A DNA stretch of 40,675 nucleotides from Bipalium vagum (taxonomy: Eukaryota). Position 1 is the stretch's first letter; every line of letters begins with the position of its first letter. Shown in pieces: positions 1-13,700 of the stretch. Where the stretch lies: assembly GCA_037834085.1 (NCBI GenBank), contig JBBMKC010032142.1, forward strand, positions 1-40,675, given 5' to 3'. The notes beneath the pieces are model-generated. The model was not told the DNA's origin. It was given only the letters and a program-made list of their open reading frames with translations, and ran no database searches. A program made the position numbers and the translations under genes.

Positions 1-209
1 GGGCCTTATCAAAGAGCACCTTGAGAGGTTCTTTGCAGAGAAAAACGCAGACTTCTATCTGCGAGGAATAATGAAGCAACCACAGAGATGACAGAAGGTA
101 ATTGATCAAAACGGGGAATACATAATAGATTAATATTCTTTTTGTTACATTAAATAAATGTGTTTAAACTGTGCAATAAAAACGCACTGACTCTTTGAAC
201 AACCCAATA
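1..209 (+). mobile_element. 3' end of a defective mariner element (mellifera-like TIR)
   Basis: Positions 2-133 translate LIKEHLERFFAEKNADFYLRGIMKQPQR*QKVIDQNGEYIID*, a mariner transposase C-terminus with W mutated to stop. Ends ...TTGAACAACCCAA followed by TA. Confidence 0.9.
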
Positions 210-502
210 AAATTACTTGTTATCATGAAATGATACTTTTCAATTTTAGCATCTTTTCTTTTTCCCTCTTTCTGTTTTTCTGGTCTCGATTATCCAACAC
301 AATTTCCGGATCTTCTAGTATTAAATATACAGATCAGTCGGTATTGAATATACTGATCAAATGGTAATAAAAATGGAGGTCTGCCGGTATTGAATATGCA
401 GGTAATAATAGAGTGTGCTGGTTTGCTATTAGGGTGAGTCATCAGTATTGTCGGTTTTTCATAAGATAGTTCAAAATGAAATAAAGGCAAGAAAATCTTT
501 TA

Positions 503-668
503 TTAATTCTCAAAGTAAAGTCCATTACATTCAATGGCTTTAAGGCAACTGTCCGGAAGTTGTTCTATTCCGTGTTGATACCAATCATTGCCTTTGGACA
601 TGAAATAGTCTCGACACTCCGTTTCCACCTCGTCCAATTTATTGAAGGTACTTCCTTTGAGGATTGCG
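503..668 (-). mobile_element. Mariner transposase C-terminal fragment
   Basis: Minus strand reads LKGSTFNKLDEVETECRDYFMSKGNDWYQHGIEQLPDSCLKAIECNGLYFEN*. Confidence 0.85.
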
Positions 669-2639
669 ATGAATTGAATTACGGATCGAGTTGACTTTTC
701 TTTAGTTGTAACAGTTTTTGAATGACAAGGGTATTATGGGTCATCGATCATTTTTGAAAATCACTTTTTAGCTTAGCTACCATTTTTTTATAATAAAGAG
801 GTTAAACCTCTCCTAGATCATCTCTTTGTCATCGAAAAATGTTTAAAGGATCAATAAAGATAAAAATTTTTGGCTATCATTATAAATAAAAAGTTTGTTT
901 CATGTCAACTTTGTATATCTGTTATGGTACCGAGCTTCACATTTCCCCGACTAAAATATTCGAGGAGTACCGAGTATGGGTGAGCATAATACAAGCAATG
1001 GTAACTATCCCCACCACTCCTTTAATATATTGATAAATAAGTCTTATTGTTCTAAGAAACAGAACAATTTCTGTTAAAACGATATTGAAAAGAAAAGCCA
1101 AACAATGGTTGTCAGGCAACCCTTTTCCCATAATTGGTTGCAATGTTTCCCCAGCTCTCTGTGTACAATCTGCAGAGCGGGACAAGGTGAATCGTTTTTC
1201 CGAAATGATTAAAACAAATAATTCATTTGTCTTCCCATCCTGACATTGCTCCAACGTAAGGAAAAGCGATTATTTCTGTCTTTGGAATTGGGAAATTGGT
1301 TTTCCAGTTTGATTAAATAATTATTTTCCTCGGAAAATTAATCATTTATTTTAGCGCTACGTTGAACGATGCAAAATGTAACTGGCAGCTTAATTAACAA
1401 TTCCTAATTATCATTTTCCTTTTCCCCTAACATTCCCACATCCTCTAATTAGTGGATTTCGCTCACTGAAAACCAATATTACGGATAATTCCCTGCCAGG
1501 AACGTTCACCACAGCATCCTAGTTACTTCTTAGTAGAGATAGGTTATCATTTCAGCCTTTTGTATATCGGAGTAATGTGAAACTCAGTAGGGTTGATCTG
1601 GAACTATTAATTTAATGGCGAATTTGGAAAGTCTGAGTCATTTTGAGAAGTCGTCGAACTAAGGATTGAAACATCGATCTGAATATTTGGTTGTTTAAGA
1701 TATATCCCCATGTATCTAATGAGCAAAAAATTTTTTAATTTTCATTTGAAACTAACCAAACGACACTCGCTCAATGGGTCACATCATTATTATTGTTAGG
1801 AGACAAAAATAATTTCGCCTGACACACTGAATCATGTATGTATCGCTCTCAAGATCTGAACGGTTGGTGCTCATTATTCACCGCATGATTATAACGTCTA
1901 TTAAGTCTTCTTAATCTAGTTCTTGGAAGGACGGTCCGGAGGTTCTTTGTTTTTCAGACTAAAATTGTTATTTCTGAAGCACTTTAATTAATGCTCGCAT
2001 ATTTTCAACTGACAAAGTATCCGGTAGCTTTCTGCAGCTACTTTCCGGAAATTACTTTTGTCCTTGAAAAATGTTGGCATGTTTAGATCTTTAGATTTTG
2101 AATATATTAACATTTTATGGAAACTTGAATAATTACTCCAGTGTATAACGATTATGAAAAGAAAATGATTAAATTTGAATTCAAAATTCTATTACTTTAT
2201 CAATGAATCGATTTAAATAAATACGCATCATTTATGTAAAATTATCGATATTAATATTTAATTATTATCTATTAATAATATTCTAAATATTTGTAAAAAT
2301 GATAATATTCTTGATTTAAATAATAATATTATTATTATTCTTTAATGATAGGAAATAAAATGGAAATGCTTTTAATATATTAATTATAATTAATAATAAT
2401 TATTTATGCATAAAATACGAATTTGATTTTAATTTAATTATTGTGCCATGTATTTCAAATGGTTATTTTTGGCTGAATGGAACACATAAAAGGGAACGGA
2501 AAGTGTTGAGGGATCAGTTATAAAAAATGTTTTCTTTAAGTTATGAATGACAAGCCCATAAATCTTCGCCGCGAAATAACATAAACAAAGAAGGTTTAAT
2601 TTAAATCAAGGATATTAATATCATTGACATTAGACAGTT

Positions 2640-3560
2640 TGACCTGTTTTGCCCGGCTCTGGATATGCGTTTTTTCCAAAATATTGTGAGAATGATTGAC
2701 GGTCTGATGACTCCCTATTATAAAGGTTCTGATATCATATGCCCATGTTTTCCTGAACTCGGATTTGGTCTCGTCAAGCAGAATCTCATATTCTCCTCGT
2801 TTGCTTCTTCATAAGCCCTGACTTCGACCTCTGATTCAAGAACTTTTTTTCTGATTCAACGATAATTGTGTACCATTTTACTCTCTTGTTGACCATTTGG
2901 ACAACCGAAATTAAGTTATGACTTGACAAAACTCCTTTTTTTGTTGACTCTATTCCTTTTATGTTTTATTGCCTTCACCTTACTTGGAATTGAGAGAAAC
3001 TTTTTCTATTGTTTCTAAACAATCACTTGTTTTATTTCAATGTGAAGAAATTTGATTCACTTTTGTTTCACTTATATTATTGTCTTTGATTCTTTAGGTT
3101 CAATAAGGAGGGTGGATCATTTTGGTAATGTACCTTATACCTTATACCTAAATGATAATCAATAATATTATTACTATTATGCTTTGACGTAGTAACGTGT
3201 GCTAGTGTGCTTGTGACTCCTAACTTTTTATAAATCGTTGTGTCCGTAACTCCTCTAAACCTTTTCGAATCAAAACTCCCATCACAATAACGTATCCTCA
3301 CCCTTAAGAACTGAACCAAACTTCTACAAAAAAACTTTATTTGAACAAAACACAATCAAACTGGAAAATAATTATCACAGCGACAATTCACTTCTTTAAA
3401 TCGCCCTTTAATCAATGAGTCCAATAAATAAAAATTTCACCAAGAATAATGATAATTAAATAAAAATAAATACTGCTACTGTTATAATTATTATAATAAA
3501 ATAGAAGAAAGAAATGATCACAAAAGAAAGAGTCAAGAGTAAAATAAAACGGTCTCACCA
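2640..3560 (-). mobile_element. Decayed internal region of a Ty3/gypsy-like element adjoining the LTR
   Basis: Lies downstream of the PBS. The minus strand retains GVIRPS near 2700, typical of the start of gypsy RT; otherwise full of stops. Confidence 0.45.
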
Positions 3561-3564
3561 AGAG

Positions 3565-4048
3565 TGACAGGGGGTCCTCGGGTCACCTTCTAGGTCCCTC
3601 TCAGGTCACCTAGGGATTCCCAAGCTCGCTGGGTCCCCTTGAAGAATCCTTCTGCGAAGTCATATTCACTTGAGAATACCTTGATTTCCTTTCTTCGAAT
3701 CGTAGTCCTCTTGATAATTGGAGTTTCTCTGAATAGCGTGGTCTATCGTCCTTAATCGTCCTGCGGAATGACGTTCTCTTGAATGTCGCGATTTTTCGTC
3801 CTTAATCATTCTGCGGAATGAAAGTTTTTTCTTTTTTTTCTTTGGGCAAATCAATGGGAATAGCCGTCTCTTTATATAGTCGTAGATACTGGTCTACGAT
3901 CACCAATCCTTACGCTTAGAGATGGCTATTTTCTCTAATAGCCATCAACTCTATATCAAGGCTAATGGAAACATGCAGTCCTCTTGAGAACGACTGTCAG
4001 GAAATCCATTAGCCATCTGCCGAAAATCCCCTCGGCGGGATTTTGTCA
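3565..4048 (-). mobile_element. Long terminal repeat (5' LTR) of an LTR retrotransposon
   Basis: 484-bp GC-richer block bounded by TGACA...TGTCA. TATA-like CTATATAAA on the minus strand (about 3871-3879). Internal 26-bp direct repeat (tcgtccttaatc..ctgcggaatga x2). PBS-like TGGTGAGACCG 4 nt past the LTR end (3560-3550). Confidence 0.7.
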
Positions 4049-5779
4049 TCAGAAGAATTGCTAAAATTTGTTTTAAAGAAAAATATTTATTATTATTAAT
4101 AAAAAATTATTATTATTATTACAACTCAACAATATAATAAAATGTTAAAATAAAATAATATATTTCAAAAAAATTAAATTAATTAAATAAAATATTTTAA
4201 TTAAATTAAATATTTTAAAAATTAAAAAAAAGAATGATGATGTCATTTTTTGATTTTTTTGTTTATAAATATTTTTTTGGAAATAATCTATTGTATTATA
4301 ATTATATTGTATTGTAATATAAGAAATCAATTATGGACATGAAACCTCTTGATATTAATATTGATTATTCACCAAATCAAACTCATTTAGAAATTTCTTT
4401 TCTACGAAAGCCTTCTATTTTTGGTAACATTTGTATTTAGTTGTTTTTGATTATGGGATAATCTATATTTATAATTTTAATGGGAATGAAATATCAAAAC
4501 AATCAATAATTTGAAGAGAGGGGAATCATTAATTAAAATCGGTGCCTTTATTAATCAACAAAATGTGGCCACCGTTGAGTGGCTCATTCAGAAGAGTTGT
4601 GCTTAACTGAACATAATATATAGAGAACAATAGATGATTTTCTCATGAATGATCATTGAATAGTGTGGAGAAACATGAAGATTACCCTAAAATAATGTTA
4701 AGATTTATCGATGTAATTTGCACAACGAGAATTTTCCTATTGACCTCTCTACCCCTTAACATGGTTTTCAACGGCAACATTTAACGGGAGACGTATTACA
4801 TTTCTCTCCATGGAATATCTTTTCTGAATTGAAAAGAAAAATCACGAATTTTATATCTCAAGGAAAACCCCGAAATAATTTTCTGAAATATAAATAATAA
4901 ATTTCTGCGACTAATTAAATCTGGAAAAATAAATTTGAAAAAAAATCGGTTAATTAAAACAAAATTTAATCGGAATTTTCATTTCGATACAAAAAATTAT
5001 CGGAGAAATCTTTGGAAATAATTCTTTTGTCTTCGACAATTATTTGTAAGAAAATATTATTTTTCTCCTGTTAAATATGATAATATTTCTTTTTCCTCGA
5101 TTTAATGAATCTTTTTCCGAATTTTTTCGCGAAACTTTTATCAATAAATTAATATTGAATTTTGCTTTTTCAGCGAAAGATTGCTGAAAGAAAAGTAGGA
5201 CAGAGAGAGAGAGAGAAAATATTTAATAAGCAGGATTTTATGTTAATTATGCGACCTGCTCAGCTAGACTCCGTCACGCAACGAGTCCCTTCAGTCCCAC
5301 TGAGTAATTTTGCAGGCATTTGTTACTTTCTGAAGAGATTTGATGACCGAACCTCATTGCTGGAAATAATTAGACGAAACCAGTGTATCTGGGAAAAGTC
5401 TTCCGTTCTCTGTCAATCAATCACGACAATTGTCAGTGTTCATTAAATAATGTCAATTAATAAGTAATCAAATAATTAAATATTTCAAATCGATTTTAAT
5501 AATGTCATTTTGACAGTTATCAAACCAATGGAATGATTGAATTCAATTTTTACTTAATACATGGTTGATTTGTTTAAATGTATTAAATTATTATTATCAA
5601 ACATATCTTTGACTACGAGTTCTATGATACCGAGGACGAAAAAATGATTTGTCAATGATTATTGGATTTTTTGTCAAATAATAATGCTGTTTTACTATTG
5701 ATTGGTGAATATTGAATATTATATCAAATTGAAGCTTTGATTTTGACAGTAAATTAGATTTATCTTTTTTCATTAAATT

Positions 5780-6320
5780 CAAGCTTCTTGTGCGGGAAAA
5801 ACGAAAAAATGTCTAATTATGTTTTTCTAATAGCTTATCTAGCGAGGATAGATTTGGAAGGTGATACTGGCTAACTACCATTTAGAAGCCAGTCACAAAA
5901 TCAATAAGCTGAGGAAACTTGGTCTATACGACTTGAATGAGCAGCAAAAAATTACAGCTTTGAAGTCCACGCACTGCAATTTGTAACAAAATGATCGATT
6001 TATTATAATAAGATTATACTGTCTGGTTGTTGATAAATCTTGAAAAAGGTCTACAGCACTGGTCTACAAAGCCAAAACTACAATACATCAATGGTGACTG
6101 TTTTGATAATTATATATAGATCTTTCAGCTTTCTAAAACGAAATGAAACGATTACATTGGGGATTTACATAAACGAGAACTTAAGTCTTGGTGAACAGAA
6201 AAGAACCAATTATTCTCCACGACAATGAAGCATCTTACATCTCTAAAATGGTATGGCTGTAGTTGGGATATGTTAAGCACCCTAAACAATGTCCAAGTAG
6301 AACTTCATTAAAACATTGTA
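5780..6320 (+). mobile_element. Heavily degraded mariner-like remnant
   Basis: Scattered motif remains only (LHDN near 6215, WDML near 6265). Confidence 0.35.
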
Positions 6321-7443
6321 CTCATCAAACTATTCTTTTACCTGACAATATTTTTTTTTGGAATTCTGACTGTCGAAACCCGTTTTGTTTAAATTAATTA
6401 TTTTAATCATAACTTTAAAGAATATAAAATTCAATAATAACAATAATAATAATTTTTGTAATCAACCATAAATACTTGAGTTATTGATTATTTACAAATA
6501 AAACAATAATATTCGATAATATTGAATTTAAATAAAATTAAATCAATATAATAATTTATGCTGGACTATTTTATTTATTTTCAACTTGTTTATAAAATAA
6601 AGTTATAAATAACCTTGAAATTGCATCATTTCAACAAAGCGGCCTTTAATCGTTACGTTACCATTTTGTTAATATTTTTATTATTATTAATTATTATTAT
6701 TATTATTTAACATTGATAATAAAAATTGTCAAAAATAAAAAATTTTTCAAATGAATTTTTTTAATTTCAAAAATATTTCGCTCTCGATATTACTTGAAAA
6801 TATGTTGGAGAGATTCCCCTCCTGGTGGCGATTCCATTAGGGCTATCATTAATTAATACTTTTCCAACGCAATTATCTCACATGGCCACGAGTGAGAGAG
6901 CTCTTCTCTTGATAACGAGCTTGAAACGACTTCAATAAAATGACTCTCCACAAATGTTATATTAATATTAATATTTTCCGAAATCAACTAAGACAGCTGA
7001 ACACTTGTATTCCCCTTGTGTTATGGTGATGGTGGCAATAAGGTCGTGCAGGTTGTCGACAGTCCCCTGACGATCTCATTCCATTGTCCCTTCACTCCTT
7101 TCAACTCCAGTAGCCATCCATTTCGGACACCAAACTATTTTTCCATTCATCGACGTTAGAGCTCAATGTAAGACATATTAGAAATGTTGTCTAGACCGTT
7201 TTATCTTCAGACTGCGCTCTTTACTATGTTAACGAACATAAATGAAAGATGTTTGTTACCATTAAGATATCATTTCAGATCTTCCGTTCTTATTGTTCTT
7301 GTACTATGGCATTTGGTGATCGCAAAGTCTTGGCATTGTAAAAGGAAGGTCGGTCGTTACCTAATGACGTCATCATATTTTATTATTTTATATTTGCGTT
7401 GAAAATTGTGTCAAATGGAAATGAGATCTGCCCTTGTCCAGAA

Positions 7444-7571
7444 NNNNNNNNNNNNNNNNNNNNNNNNNNNNNNNNNNNNNNNNNNNNNNNNNNNNNNNNN
7501 NNNNNNNNNNNNNNNNNNNNNNNNNNNNNNNNNNNNNNNNNNNNNNNNNNNNNNNNNNNNNNNNNNNNNNN
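7444..7571. other. Assembly gap (128 N)
   Basis: Run of n. Confidence 1.
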
Positions 7572-7575
7572 TAAA

Positions 7576-7715
7576 ATGGATGCAGTCCAATTCTTCGAAA
7601 CAAACGACCTCGAGATTCGGACCCATCAGTTACAGCCTGAGTCGGGAGCCCCAGCCTCCATGTCCCAATCCCGAAGCCATCGTTCCTTTCAACCATATAC
7701 TCACAGCCATGTTAA
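7576..7715 (+). CDS. PDE9A: PDE9-like N-terminal exon ([47 protein letters not shown]); frame and start uncertain
   Basis: GC-richer open frame after the N gap. Donor AA|GTGAAT at 7716 is phase 2, matching the acceptor at 7777. An alternative frame (KWMQSN...ILTA, donor at 7711) is also phase-compatible. A cccttgtcCAG acceptor at 7439-7441 suggests the exon may begin before the gap. Confidence 0.55.
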
Positions 7716-10700
7716 GTGAATACAAAATACTCAAGTTTGTCATTGGATGAAAACGTTTTGCTTGATCTCCTTTCCAGACTGGACGAAGATCGCGAGTCGC
7801 AGCTTTCCGACGAGCTGAAAGAGATCTCGTTCAACAATTGGTCCTATTCCGATGCCGAGCTGTTGTATTTCGTCAAGAAGATGTACATCGACCTGGAACT
7901 GATCAGCGAGTTCAACATTTCCCTCAAGAGATTTGATCGTTGGGTTTTTGAGGTGTACCGCAATTATAACATGGTGCCTTTCCATAATTTCAAACACGCA
8001 TTTATGGTGACACAAATGGTGAGATTTTCTCTTGTTTGAATGGTGTCTTTATAATTGATCCTCGTGGATTTTGTATAATGAACTCCAAAGACCCTCCAAA
8101 AACTTTTCCAGTTTAACTTCGTCTCCGATAACTTGACCACGTTTCACCAATTGGAGGTTTTGGTGAATTGTTGGTCCCTTCAAGCTGGTGTGGCTATGAG
8201 AATCTTCATTTACTTTCAACCTCTTTTCTCTGCCTTCATTTAAACTCGGAAACAATACCAAGCTGTACTTGGCGCCCTCTAGATTTCTGAGTTTTCTCAT
8301 CTCAGTAATTTGAGTGAATCCTAACTTTAATTATGTCGTATGTTGAATGTGGTGACCCATTCCAATTATCCCCGAGTCTAATGCCCAATATACGTAAAAG
8401 CGCGCTGTACCCATTGTTGGCCGTGAAAGTCCATAAAACATTCTTGAAACAACTTTGCGTTCCGCACTATAAAACTTCGGTGACACTTAAATCGATCTGA
8501 GAAAATAACCAAAAGTACGCGTTACGATTTGGATGTTATCATTATAAAGCATCTGTGGGAACTGCTGCCACATATGCCGTCGTCCCCGGTAGTTCTTATG
8601 TTGCCCCACGGAATACGGTGGAAAGAAGAGTACTTCAACAAATCGGCGAATACATAACCGGATCAATCATATAATGCCATCCGATTCTATTGGACAGGCA
8701 TCCTTGACCTCTTTAAAAATGTGACAAAATCACGACAGTGTAAAGGTGGTTATTGACAAGATTAACGAACTCGTCAGGGAGGTGCTGCAAAGATCTTGGT
8801 GGTCCAAGATTTTAATGGCTATACAATATTTTGAAAGGTATCTCAAGTTCTGCATGGTCTACCAACTGAACAATGACGGAAGCATCAAACCCCGGAATAA
8901 AGCCACAATATTCGACAATTCCGCAACACACGAGTTGACTTAGCTTTTACCCAAGGAAATCGGTGAGAGGATACTTGAGAATTTAGACTCTAGCTTAGGG
9001 ATGCTGGAAGAAACAATGGTCTCGTGAGGCCGTCTAAACATGGAGATAACGAACAGAATCCTTCGCAGCTCAGATGAATGGTACTTTTTGCATAGGTATC
9101 ACACGAATGATCTACCAATGAATAAAAAACCGTTAAACCACCGGAAACTGAAAAGACTGTCGTGGGAAAGAGAAAAGCGCCTCATTATCTACATGGTTTC
9201 AGCTTCATAAATCCATTGGTGGGGAAATGCGTTATTTTGTGCGCGATATCCCAATTAAGCTGCCATCGACAACGAAAAATGAATAGGAAATATATTTCGA
9301 AAGCAAAGACTTTCTTTTCCAGGTCACAAAATCATCTCTTGATATCCCATTGGTACAGGAGATAAAGTCTCAGTCGAAGTCCCTTTTGAATGAGAGTCTC
9401 CGCCAGAGATAATGACGAAGCAAATTAAAAATTATCAAATTCTAATTGATGAAACCAAAGCCGAACTCGGCAAAACTAAGATCTATGATCTTAGAACCTT
9501 TAAAATAGGAGCCGGAGAATTGAACCTTGAGCCATTAAAATATCAGGTAGGCATATGAGATCCACACCTTTGATTTGGCAATATTTCTAGATAGCCAGTT
9601 TGTAAACCTTTCAAAGTTCTATTATGTTAATATGTGATCCTGTTGAGTGGATTTCTGCTTTGGGGGTCACTTATGTCGTTCTACTGTAAATTATCAATGG
9701 CTTCATGTCACTAAGGTTCTCTGCAACCTCTCCACCTGAAATTTGTCGATCTAATTCGATTATGTTTTTGACTTCGTCATCATAAATTGTATTGGAACAT
9801 GTCGACGACTGTTCAACCTTCCGAAAAAAGTATCTCGATCAAACTTTTCCTTGTGATCTTTCCTTCAATTTATCTTCACCAAAGAAACGTAACTTTTCTG
9901 ATATTGTCCTAAATCGTTCTTTTCACTGAAGAAAGATTAATGTAGGACAAAAAAAAATAAAAGTTCACATTTCACAAATAAAAATGATGTCATTACGTTA
10001 TGCAATCGACAGGAACTCCGTTGCTAACCGATGATCCCTAGTTGCTAACGTGAACCTTCAGGGAAGGTTCTTCTAAGGGATTAATAAAGGGTTAATGTAA
10101 TCTGCCAGTCCTAAATCGGTATTAGAAAGGTTAAGTGAGAGACCCTTCAGATTTTATAGTTCAATATTAATCAAATTGATAAATATCAAAGATTAAAGTG
10201 AAATTCATTGATAATCAATAAATGATATTAAATATAATTTTTTTCTCTATTTTATTGTTTTTTTATCTTTTTATTATTTATTTCAATAAATTTTTATTTA
10301 ATTTAATTTAAAATTACCTGTCAAAAAAGATAATAATTAGACGAGCACGGTTTGTAAAGTTTTGAAAGTGACAGGGTTAAATTAACAAAAAACCAAAAAT
10401 ACATCAATATTTATAATATCACTTCCACGGGTATAGTCCTTTGTATAAATAATTATTTTAGTTTACGACGATTTGTTTAATATTACAAAATATATGGTAA
10501 ATCAAAATAAAGTCTCTTCGTCAATTTGATTGGTTTCTGATATGTTGACTACATCGTTGAGTTATTTGTCATCTGTTTTGGTTTCGTAACCAGTCCAGGC
10601 TAACTTAGGGATATCTTTGGCGATGACAACAGGATTTATATCCTATGGAGATCAACCATAATGGATTATCAACAATAGTGACATTTTCTGTATGTCAAGC

Positions 10701-13700
10701 AGAAATCATCTTAGTTCCCTGGCCATCATCAGTCGGTTTTGGTCCACCATTATCCAGTCACTGATCTCCAACCAGTTATTCTACCATTGGATTCATGGAT
10801 AAATCAGACGCGGGTGAAATTTCACTTGTTGGCATTAGTTGTAAAATAAAAAGTATTGAATTTCGAGGGATCATAAAATTCTTTGTCCTGGAAGGGTTAA
10901 CTACATCATAAATCCATACAAAGGTGGTCAAAGTATTAAATGAAGGTGCTTCTCCGTTTTCAACGGTTCACAAATGTGGTTTGCAGCTTCGACGTGATGA
11001 TTAAAGGCATACAATGGTTAACGATGATCCATGCCGTGGACACCCAAAGATTGCGACAACACCATAAATTATTCAAGAAATCCATGATATGGTGTTGTAA
11101 GATCAACAAATAAAAGTGAGAGAAAACGGTTCTGCCACAGGAATTTCAGTGGATTGAGTTGGGCATATTTTGCAAGATTAATTAAAAATGAAAAATTTCT
11201 CTTCGATAGGGACTGCATTTACTAATGAATCATTTAAAATCACATTCCACAACTGAATCCACCATCACACACCAAAGGAGGTCAAGATGGTTTCATCAGA
11301 GGAAAATGTTATGACATCTGTGTTTTGGGATGCCCGGCACAATGCGACACAAAACAAAGCATTTTTTGAGGCAACTGTTCTTACCTGCAAAAACCACGTT
11401 CTAAGTGCCCCGGGTTTAATTCATATGGCACGTAATTACCTTGCTTTTTGGTCATTCCCGAAAAGATCTACTTCCAGTGATACTGAAATTTATTCTTTGG
11501 TTTGTCACGAATCCTGACTGAATAAAGTCTTCAACTCTTCATCATCACACTTTTTTGATCGTCCAGATCGCTCTTTATCATTTTTAAATCCGTAGAACCA
11601 AAAATGCCCCCAATATGTTTCGATTAACAAACGGTGACTCTGAGCAGTGGTTTTTTATGGAAATATAGTGGCGCAACAAAATTCCCCAAAAATGCCGATT
11701 CATCCCGATTTTCCAGACTTTTTTACAGAATATATTAGATAACGATGAATATTTAAACAAAACGTTTTCACACTTAAATCAATAGATAATTAATCACACT
11801 TTAAATAGGACTTCTCTCGCATTTATGTGTTACCACGCATATTTAAATTGTGGCAGCTTTTGTCGGAGTCCGGAAATTAATTCACACACACACACACACA
11901 CTTAATAATTGATTGAGTGGAGATTGATATAGTGGAACGTAAATGTCATTGTCCTTTGACTAAAACATCCTTTTGACAAAGGGTCGTCCAAAAGATCGGT
12001 CTATCAGTTTTTCAGAAATTTGCAACGAAGAATCGAGAATCGGAAAGGAATATTGCCCTTGTCCAAGAAATGAGCGGACCGAATTTCCCCTGTGAACATT
12101 TCCCGTGTTGAATGAAACAAACTTTATTTGTGACATTGCAGATTTCGTCTCTCTTGAAAGCCGTCCTCATTCTCTCGCTCCGAGATTTCGGCAATTTGGA
12201 GATTTTATTGACTGTTTTATGATTACTGAAATCGTTTCGTTCTTGGGATGGCGTTATTCTTTTCCCGTTCTCCCGGCTTACACGTTTAAATGTCAAATCG
12301 TTTTTAGGAAGCCAAATTTCGTTTTTATGAACATTCCTCCCTTGTCCCATTTGAGATGTGATTGATATAATTTCGTTTTTTGGACAGAGACGAAATGGGA
12401 CAAATGTATTCCAAAAAACAAATTATCACGGCGGAAATATTTTCCACAGAAATATTCAATAGAATAATATTTTCACAAAATCGATGGAGTCTAACTCTTT
12501 CTCTTTCTTCGTCTTGTGGACCCAATTTTGCCCTTTTTTGAGAAAGCGAAAACGTCCTCCAGGTTCCTAGACCTTAATAATCGTAGTACGTTGTGTCATT
12601 TTCGTGTAATAATTGACTCTACTCGGCCTCACTTGAAAAATCTTGCTTTAATCTTCAACAACCTTCAGATCGATTTATCCCTTTCAGCAGCTCGTCTGCC
12701 ATTGTTGTCGTTGTCATCATTTCTTTCATCAAAAGAGAGACAGTGATCGTCAGGGATCAAGGAAATCTGGTGTTCTTGAAAAACTGCTTCCATTAAAACA
12801 AATGTCGAAATACGCCTTTCTGGTCCTCGGCATTTCTTTTTATCATCACTGATCAAAGCCGATATGCTTTTTCCTTGGATGATGTCATTTTTGACAGCTT
12901 GTCACTTCTTTTTTCGGCGCTTTAGCCTCGCGCCAAAGGAAACATTGTCTCCGTCCCCTTCACAGTTCTGACCGGCCCTGATTCGTTTACATCGTTCCTC
13001 ATTAGGGTCGCTTTATATATGTGAAAGTTTTTGTTTGTTATAACAGGCTCTTCACAGCCATCTCCCTCTTCATATTTCTACATTGTCCCTTCGCTGTCGG
13101 GTTCTGCCTTTCATTCCGCTTTTTAATTGATTAATTGATTAATTAATTAAAATTATGGATTAATACCGGGCCTAAATGTATCCGTAATTATTTATGTAAT
13201 CAAACAAAAAAAGATCATGTTTCTGTTGCAAATATATAAAAAGTTTATTCAATTATATTATTAATAATTAATTTAAATATAAAAAATAAAATAAATAAAA
13301 TATTATGTAAATATTATATAAAAAATATATAATTATATATTATCAATAAAATAATTATTAAAAATATATAATTATATATTATCAATAAAATATATTATTA
13401 AAAATTAAAATGATTAATTTAACAATAAATAATATANNNNNNNNNNNNNNNNNNNNNNNNNNNNNNNNNNNNNNNNNNNNNNNNNNNNNNNNNNNNNNNN
13501 NNNNNNNNNNNNNNNNNNNNNNNNNNNNNNNNNNNNNNNNNNNNNNNNNNNNNNNNNNNNNNNNNNNATTATAAATGGAAGTTTTTTTTGCTCTAGAAAG
13601 ATATTTAGAATTCAAAAAAATTTGATAATTGAAACAAAAATATTTATTTTTTATTGTTTGATTAATTTAGGTTTGAGTAACGGAAATTATGAGAAGAATT

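Noticed and set aside
315-402. Three copies of GTATT(A/G)AATAT(A/G)C as a possible mini array
   Set aside because: Only three short, imperfect, unevenly spaced copies; consistent with a local duplication.
7388-7750. ORF-track entries spanning N gaps (also 13382-13615)
   Set aside because: Their continuity is an artefact of translating through Ns.
7740-8015. Minus-strand ORFs at 7740-8015, 25735-25980 and 31975-32196
   Set aside because: These are antisense shadows of the PDE9 exons.
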